Below, one piece after another: positions 58,814 through 64,000 of a DNA stretch of 64,000 nt. Each line of letters opens with the position of its first letter. Within the stretch, counting starts at the first letter, position 1. A program made the translations under genes and the position numbers. The notes beneath the pieces were generated by a model. The model was not told the DNA's origin, did not search any database, and worked only from the letters and a program-made list of their open reading frames with translations. Origin of the DNA: an uncultured Thermotogae bacterium (GTDB lineage: Bacteria; Bipolaricaulota; Bipolaricaulia; UBA7950; UBA9294); assembly GCA_964558595.1 (NCBI GenBank), contig CAZLER010000006.1, positions 3,892 through 67,891 on the forward strand, in the 5' to 3' direction.

Positions 58814-60330
58814 CATGCCGCAGCTTCCCCGGAGTACACTCGCTGTCCCCCGACAAACGTCATCTCCACTCTCCGTTCCTTGATCGTCTCCGCCGTCTCC
58901 CGAGGGTCGCGATCGAGCACGACCAGATCGGCGAGCGCGCCGGGCGTGATCGTCGCCTTGTCGTGCTCCTCGAACCCGAGCCACGCCCCGCCGCGTGTGT
59001 AGGCGTCGATCGCCTCTCCCACCGCGAGCCGTTGATCCGGATAGGGACCGTTGACCGCCCAATGGAGCCCATACAACGGCGACACCGGCATCCCGTCGGA
59101 GCCGAACCCCAGCCGCACCCCCGCCGCGACGATCCCCCGCAGCGGATTGCTGGCGCGGTCCCGCTCCGCCCCCAGCCGGTCGACGTACATCCCGCTCGGA
59201 CCCGACCAGTTGCCGATGAAGTTCGGCTGCATACACACGGCCAATCCCGCCGCCTCGGCGCGGGCCGGATGCGTCGGTCCGGGAAGCTCGAAGTGCTCGA
59301 TGCGATGGCGGTACGCGCGGGAGGTGCCGAGCGCTTCGTGCGCCGATATCACCAGTTCGATCGCTCGGCCGCCGATGGCGTGGATGATCGTCTGCCAGCC
59401 CGCCGTCTCGGCCGCCCGGATCCACGATCTCACGTCCTCCTCGCTGTGGTTCAGCTCGCCTCGCCCTCCGTCGGCGTACGGCTCGTACACCGCGGCGTTC
59501 GCCGCCCCGATCGATCCGTCGGCGAACAGCTTCAGCCCCCCGAAGCGCAGCCACGCATCACCGTATCCAGAACGCAGGCCGACCGCTGCGAGCCGATCGA
59601 GCGCCGCTGCTTCCGGGCATGTCGTCACCCGCAGACGTCGCTCGCCGCGTTGCTCCATCAGCACCGCCACGTCCCGCAACCGGGACATCGTGTGCACGGA
59701 GGTCACCCCCAGCCGGTGACACACGTCGGCCGCCGCCGAGAACGCCTCCCGCCGGGTCGCCCGATCCGGGACGACCAGCGCCAGTAGGGCGTCCGCCGCC
59801 GCCTCCCGGACCAGCCCGTCGCGGCGATCGATCAGCCGCTCGGGCGCCGTGGGGGGGAGGACAGCCAGCGCCGCCGAGTTGGCGGTCAGCAGATGTCCGT
59901 CCATCCGGATCGCTGCGATCGGAGAGCGAGAGGAGATCCGGTCCAGTTCCTGACGGGTCAGGTACCGCCGATCGTCCCAGACGCTCTCGTCCCAGCCGCC
60001 GCCGATCACCCACGCTCCGTCGCCCCGTTCGGCCGCCGTCGCCGCCAACGCCGCCACCGCGTCCTCGCGGCTTCGCCCGGATAGATCGACCCGCCAACCG
60101 CACGCCACAAGCCCGGTATGAAGGAGGTGGATATGGGCATCGATGAACCCCGGAAGCACGATGCGGCCGTGTAGATCCACCGTCCATGCCCCCTCGCCCC
60201 TCCCGTTGTGCAGCCGTTCGGTCCGCCCGACGGCGACGATCCGATCGCCCTCGCACAACACCGCGTCAGCCTCCGGAGATCCGTAGACCACGCCGCTGTG
60301 CAGCAGTGTCGCCCTGTTCGTTGTCGCCAC
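58813..60330 (-). CDS. amidohydrolase-3 family metal-dependent hydrolase
   Basis: GFIDAHIHL metal-binding start. Long amidohydro_3-type architecture. Translationally coupled to the GT4 gene. Confidence 0.7.
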   Translation of the reverse strand: MATTNRATLLHSGVVYGSPEADAVLCEGDRIVAVGRTERLHNGRGEGAWTVDLHGRIVLPGFIDAHIHLLHTGLVACGWRVDLSGRSREDAVAALAATAAERGDGAWVIGGGWDESVWDDRRYLTRQELDRISSRSPIAAIRMDGHLLTANSAALAVLPPTAPERLIDRRDGLVREAAADALLALVVPDRATRREAFSAAADVCHRLGVTSVHTMSRLRDVAVLMEQRGERRLRVTTCPEAAALDRLAAVGLRSGYGDAWLRFGGLKLFADGSIGAANAAVYEPYADGGRGELNHSEEDVRSWIRAAETAGWQTIIHAIGGRAIELVISAHEALGTSRAYRHRIEHFELPGPTHPARAEAAGLAVCMQPNFIGNWSGPSGMYVDRLGAERDRASNPLRGIVAAGVRLGFGSDGMPVSPLYGLHWAVNGPYPDQRLAVGEAIDAYTRGGAWLGFEEHDKATITPGALADLVVLDRDPRETAETIKERRVEMTFVGGQRVYSGEAAA

Positions 60331-60359
60331 CCCATCCTCCCCCTACACCGTAGCCGCGC

Positions 60360-61427
60360 TCAATGCTGGATCGCCAACCCCGACACATTCGCCCCCGGGA
60401 AGCCTCCGATCCTCACCCCCGTCGGCACCCCCGAGGAGGGATCGACCTCGACGAGTTCATGGCGATCGCGGTCGACGACCCACAAGCGGCCGTCGTACAG
60501 ATCCATTCCGGCCACCGGGAACACCGACGGATCGATGGCCACCGGTTCGCGATCGATCTCCAACTGGATCCCCTCGAAGATGTTCATCGGGGGATCGATC
60601 CGGATCCCGTACAACAGCTGCGTTTCGCCCTCCAGATACCACAGTCGCCCCGCCGACCCGTCGTCGCCGGTCCACGCCAGGCCCTGCGGGGATTGGAGGA
60701 ACAGCTCGTTGCCGACCTGCTGCGACGCGCGGAAGGTGTTCGTTCCAAACGACTCGAACACCTGGGTGGTCGGCGGATTCATCCCGTAGATCTTCCGACT
60801 CAACCCGTCGACGTGCCAGATTCGCTCCGGCTCTTCCGCACCGTAGGCCAGGAACAGGGGATCCTGCGCCGGGGCCGCGTAGGTCTCCGTGACCGTCCCG
60901 TCCGTCGGATCGATCCGGACCAGTCGCTGATTGCCGTCACCGTAACAGGCGACGACCAGCCACCACGAACCTCCGCTCTCGGCGACCGTCACCCCCCGCG
61001 GGCCGCTGACCGGAAGGTCGAACGTCGCGAGGACCGCGCCGGTCATGTCGAGCTTGTGGACACGATCAAGATTCTCGTCGCACGTCCACACCGCCGGTTC
61101 CACGACGACCTCCACCGACGCGGTAGCCGTCTTCCCGCCGGCGCTGCGCACCGTCAAGGTCAGCGTGTATCGTCCCGCGTGCTGGTACGTCGCGCTCCCG
61201 CTGGGGTCGAACCGCTCTTCGCCGGTCCCGAGTAACCACCGATAGGACGTGATCCCATCGGGCGCACTCGAGCCCTCGCCGGAGAACTGGATTGTCAACG
61301 GGACCACGCCGGTCGTCACCGAGACGTCGATCGTCGCCTCCGGGCCCCCCAAGAACGTACAGCCGACGGCGACAACCATCGTCACCGCTCCCATCCACAG
61401 GATCGCCCGTGTGCGTCGCGGTCGCAT
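60360..61427 (-). CDS. secreted/lipoprotein PKD-domain plus beta-propeller-like repeat protein
   Basis: AGGAGGAGG RBS. Signal peptide with VGCTF lipobox-like motif. PKD domain (PLTIQFSGEGSSAPDGITSYRWLLGTGE...YTLTLTV). C-terminal repeats with WxV/DG motifs. Confidence 0.6.
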   Translation of the reverse strand: MRPRRTRAILWMGAVTMVVAVGCTFLGGPEATIDVSVTTGVVPLTIQFSGEGSSAPDGITSYRWLLGTGEERFDPSGSATYQHAGRYTLTLTVRSAGGKTATASVEVVVEPAVWTCDENLDRVHKLDMTGAVLATFDLPVSGPRGVTVAESGGSWWLVVACYGDGNQRLVRIDPTDGTVTETYAAPAQDPLFLAYGAEEPERIWHVDGLSRKIYGMNPPTTQVFESFGTNTFRASQQVGNELFLQSPQGLAWTGDDGSAGRLWYLEGETQLLYGIRIDPPMNIFEGIQLEIDREPVAIDPSVFPVAGMDLYDGRLWVVDRDRHELVEVDPSSGVPTGVRIGGFPGANVSGLAIQH

Positions 61428-61663
61428 GGTGCCTCCTCCTCGTGGTATGATGTTCATTGTACGCTCCGTTGCTCCGGTGATGAAGCCGTCCCGCCCGGGG
61501 TTGTGGAACCGGTCGTTCTTCCATGCTTCTTTCATCTTGCTTTCCGCTCACCTCCATGGATTCCCCGCCGCCGTCGGCTACGCTTTCGGCGTTCATACCA
61601 TTTCGGAAATGTGAAGCTATCGTCCTAGAACGACTCCATAGCTGAAGGGAGGGGGTGAACTCC

Positions 61664-61837
61664 GTGCCGAAGAAAGAGATCTTGGACAAGCTCTCGATCT
61701 ATATCCCCCAGAAGAAGATGGAGGAGCGACCGGTCGAGCGGCTGATCCAGCTCGGCGAGAAGCGTGATCGTTCGATCAACTACCTCGTCGTCGACGCGAT
61801 CCTCCAGTACCTGGAACGCGAAGAGAATAAGAGCTAG
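61664..61837 (+). CDS. small ribbon-helix-helix (CopG-like) protein
   Basis: Fifty-seven aa. N-terminal beta-strand KKEILDKLSIYIP followed by two helices. GTG start 11 nt after a GGAGG RBS. Confidence 0.45.
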   Translation: MPKKEILDKLSIYIPQKKMEERPVERLIQLGEKRDRSINYLVVDAILQYLEREENKS

Positions 61838-61894
61838 CGCCGCCCATAGCGGCAAGACACGAACCTCCTTCGCAAGCCGGCGGAGGGAAAAGGA

Positions 61895-61918
61895 CGGCCC
61901 CCAGCCGTGGCTGGGGGC
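61895..61918 (+). terminator. perfect 10-bp GC hairpin (GGCCCCCAGC-cgtg-GCTGGGGGCC) downstream of the RHH gene; terminator-like but without a U-tract
   Basis: Seen directly. Confidence 0.4.
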
Positions 61919-61997
61919 CGTCTCCTGCTCACGGAGGCTGTCATCCCGTTTTCCGCTCCACCTGCGGACCCCGGGGCGTCCCGTATAATCGTTGGCC

Positions 61998-63248
61998 ATG
62001 GACAACCGCGATACGATCGAGCAGCTGATCCTCTCCCGAACGCGCCCGCCCCGGTGGAACGAAGCGGTGCTGCCGGACTACGCCGGCTACTCAATCGTTG
62101 GCGTCGCCGCCTTGATCGAGCGGCTGTTCGGCCTCCCCGCACAACCGTCCCCGGTGGCGGACCTGGTCGACACATCGCCGCCAAGCCGGCATACGGTGCT
62201 GCTACTCCTCGACGGGTTCGGCTATCGCCAGGCGCAGGAGCTGTTTCGCCGCTTCCCCGACCTCGCGCTGCGCTCCATCGGCGAGGACGGTGTCTTCCTT
62301 CCCGTCACGTCCGTCTTCCCGTCGACAACCGTCGCCGCGCTGGCGTCGCTCGGCACCGGGATGACCCCGCTCGAGCACGGGTTGATCGGATACCGCCTGT
62401 ATCTGCGGGAGACGTCGGCTATCACCAACATGATCCGGTTCGCCATGGTCGGGAACGGGAAGACCGATGCCGCCTTCCGGGCGGGACTCGATCCCGACAC
62501 GATCGTGCCGGGGACCACCATCCACGAGCGGCTCGCCCTTGCGGGGGTGCACGTCCACGCCCTGCTGCCCCAGCATATCGCCTCCAGCGGCCTCTCCCGC
62601 GCCCTCTACAAGGGCAGCTCGAAGCTGCACGCCGTCTCCGGCTTTCCCGATATGGTGGTGGCTGCCCGACGCCTGCTGGCCGAGGCCTCCTCGCCGACGT
62701 TCCTCACCCTCTACTGGCCCGGCCTGGACGCGGTCGCCCACTTGAGAGGCCCGGAGACCGACGCCTACGTCGCCGAGCTGAGGACGATCGATGCTACCCT
62801 CCGCCGCGAGTTGCTCGGCCGGGCGGACGATACGTTGCTGGTGGTCTGCTCCGATCACGGCTTCGTGGCGATGCAACCCGGCGACTACGTGCGGCTCGAC
62901 GCCCTTCCCGGCGTCGAACCGGGGCTGATGCTTCCCCCCGTCGGGGAGCCACGCGCCTCGTACCTGTACACCCGCCGCGGACACCACCGCGACGTCACGC
63001 AGCAGCTCATGGACCGGCTCGGCGATGGCCTGATCGTCGAGGAATCCTCGCGCCTCGTCGAGGAAGGGGTCTTCGGCACCGGGACCCCCCACCCCGACCT
63101 CGCCCGGCGCAGCGGCGACGTGGCGATCGTCGCCACCGGACAGGCAGGTATCTTCCACCCGTATCAGGACGCCACGCTCCTCGCCGGGATGCACGGCGGG
63201 TTGACCGAACGCGAGATGCTCGTCCCATTGATCATCGGAACCGTCTGA
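61998..63248 (+). CDS. alkaline-phosphatase superfamily protein (type I phosphodiesterase / nucleotide pyrophosphatase-like)
   Basis: TATAAT at about 61984-61989 sits 8 nt before the ATG (leaderless geometry). LLLLDGFGY and VCSDHGF metal-ligand motifs of the AlkP core. Confidence 0.65.
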   Translation: MDNRDTIEQLILSRTRPPRWNEAVLPDYAGYSIVGVAALIERLFGLPAQPSPVADLVDTSPPSRHTVLLLLDGFGYRQAQELFRRFPDLALRSIGEDGVFLPVTSVFPSTTVAALASLGTGMTPLEHGLIGYRLYLRETSAITNMIRFAMVGNGKTDAAFRAGLDPDTIVPGTTIHERLALAGVHVHALLPQHIASSGLSRALYKGSSKLHAVSGFPDMVVAARRLLAEASSPTFLTLYWPGLDAVAHLRGPETDAYVAELRTIDATLRRELLGRADDTLLVVCSDHGFVAMQPGDYVRLDALPGVEPGLMLPPVGEPRASYLYTRRGHHRDVTQQLMDRLGDGLIVEESSRLVEEGVFGTGTPHPDLARRSGDVAIVATGQAGIFHPYQDATLLAGMHGGLTEREMLVPLIIGTV

Positions 63249-63263
63249 ACGAAAGGATCCGCC

Positions 63264-63620
63264 ATGGTAACCGTCGGAAACAGCAACGATGTCGAACCTC
63301 GCACCTACCACGACGGGAAGAACGTCCGTCATGCCCACAAGCGCGTCCTGGTCGGCCCACGAGACGGCGCGCCCACCTTTTCGATGCGCAAGTTCACCCT
63401 CGCCGAGAGGGGATGCAGCCCCTACCACACCCATCCGTGGGAGCACGAGGTGTACATCCTCGCCGGCCGCGGCGAGGTACGCTATGCCGGCGGGGCACGC
63501 CCCGTCGTGCCGGGTGACTTCGCCTACGTGCCGCCCCACGACGAGCATCAGTTCGCCAACACTGACAGCGAACCGTTCGAGTTCCTCTGCATGGTCCCGC
63601 TGGTCGGTGAAGACGGCTAG
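63264..63620 (+). CDS. cupin-domain protein
   Basis: AAAGGA RBS. Cupin motifs HTHPWEHEVY and PPHDEHQF. Confidence 0.7.
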   Translation: MVTVGNSNDVEPRTYHDGKNVRHAHKRVLVGPRDGAPTFSMRKFTLAERGCSPYHTHPWEHEVYILAGRGEVRYAGGARPVVPGDFAYVPPHDEHQFANTDSEPFEFLCMVPLVGEDG

Positions 63621-64000
63621 ATGACCGCCCGGGTCGTCGTCTGCCTCAGCGGCGGCGTCGATAGCAGTGTCGCCGCGGCACTCCTCCAGGAAGCCGGGCA
63701 CGATATCGCGGCCATCACCTTCTGGTTCGGGTCGTTCCCCGATGCCACCGACGCCGCCCGCGACGTCGCCGATCGGCTGGGGATCGTCCACCAGCGCATC
63801 GACGCCAGCGAGCCGTTTCGTCGCACCGTGGTCGACGACTTCGTGGCGTCCTACCGAAGGGGGAAGACGCCCAATCCGTGCGGCGTGTGCAACCGCGAGC
63901 TGCGGTTCGGATTGGCCCTCGACTACGCCGATCGCAACGGATTCGACCTTGCGGCCACCGGCCACCACGTGCGGCGGCGCGTCGTGGATGGGCGAATCAA
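63621..64000 (+). CDS. mnmA: tRNA-specific 2-thiouridylase MnmA, N-terminal part (3' end beyond window)
   Basis: ATG immediately after the cupin gene's stop. PP-loop CLSGGVDSSVAA, conserved Cys (NPCGVCN) and ATGH motif. Confidence 0.75.
   Translation, partial: MTARVVVCLSGGVDSSVAAALLQEAGHDIAAITFWFGSFPDATDAARDVADRLGIVHQRIDASEPFRRTVVDDFVASYRRGKTPNPCGVCNRELRFGLALDYADRNGFDLAATGHHVRRRVVDGRI

Noticed and set aside
61998-63248. PglZ (BREX) interpretation of the alkaline-phosphatase-family protein.
   Set aside because: No other BREX components (brxA/B/C/L, pglX) are nearby, and its 418-aa size fits standalone AlkP-core phosphodiesterases.
1-64000. CRISPR arrays, transposases, integrases and phage genes.
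   Set aside because: No regularly spaced direct repeats, no IS-like inverted repeats flanking ORFs, and no recombinase-like ORFs were seen. The only tRNA (Gly-CCC at ~54.0 kb) is not flanked by an integrase.

Overview
High-GC (about 66-68%) bacterial chromosomal segment. The gene content suggests a Chloroflexota-like thermophile: no L30 gene, several apparently leaderless transcripts, and a large lineage-specific insert in beta-prime. This lineage assignment is tentative. The window has three parts.

(1) Positions 1-21.7 kb, accessory/metabolic. Genes called here: indolepyruvate ferredoxin oxidoreductase iorAB (iorA truncated at the window edge); a secreted metallophosphoesterase with an MTH1187/YkoF-family gene; adenosine deaminase; an alkyltransferase-like (ATL, PWHRV motif) DNA-damage sensor; a DUF4438 protein; an XRE-family regulator divergent from a 7TM-PAS-GGDEF diguanylate cyclase that is preceded by a strong promoter and a structured ~240-nt leader; an AsnRS-like truncated class II aaRS paralogue (archaeal-type asparagine synthetase A-like); an orphan hypC-hypD-hypE hydrogenase-maturation cluster with no hydrogenase genes in the window; two amidohydrolases; mutM; a KamA-family radical SAM protein with a long N-terminal extension; hydantoinase/oxoprolinase hyuA/hyuB; and a Tdh-like NAD-dependent epimerase/dehydrogenase.

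(2) Positions 21.8-44.1 kb, a single co-directional minus-strand array of 34 genes. It runs rpoC - rpsL - rpsG - fusA - S10 operon - spc operon - secY - adk - map - infA - rpmJ - rpsM - rpsK - rpsD - rpoA - rplQ. It lacks tuf after fusA, lacks rpmD (L30), and has no rpoB upstream of rpoC. uL24 and uS4 carry Cys4 zinc-ribbon motifs.

(3) Positions 44.5-64 kb. Genes called here: a degenerate-PP-loop ATPase-like protein; hpf with a textbook promoter; a HerA/DUF87-like ATPase fused to a coiled coil and a winged-helix-like tail; the CCA-adding enzyme; a frameshifted PKD-domain pseudogene remnant; rbfA, a DUF503 gene and a short IF-2 (infB) with no nusA; a TPR protein; family-4 UDG; tRNA-Gly(CCC); a bifunctional-nuclease-domain protein; glmS; a GT4 glycosyltransferase plus amidohydrolase operon; a secreted PKD/beta-propeller lipoprotein; a small RHH protein; an alkaline-phosphatase-family protein; a cupin; and the 5' part of mnmA.

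No CRISPR array, transposase or integrase was seen. Many long ORFs on the strand opposite the ribosomal genes are GC-driven artefacts.
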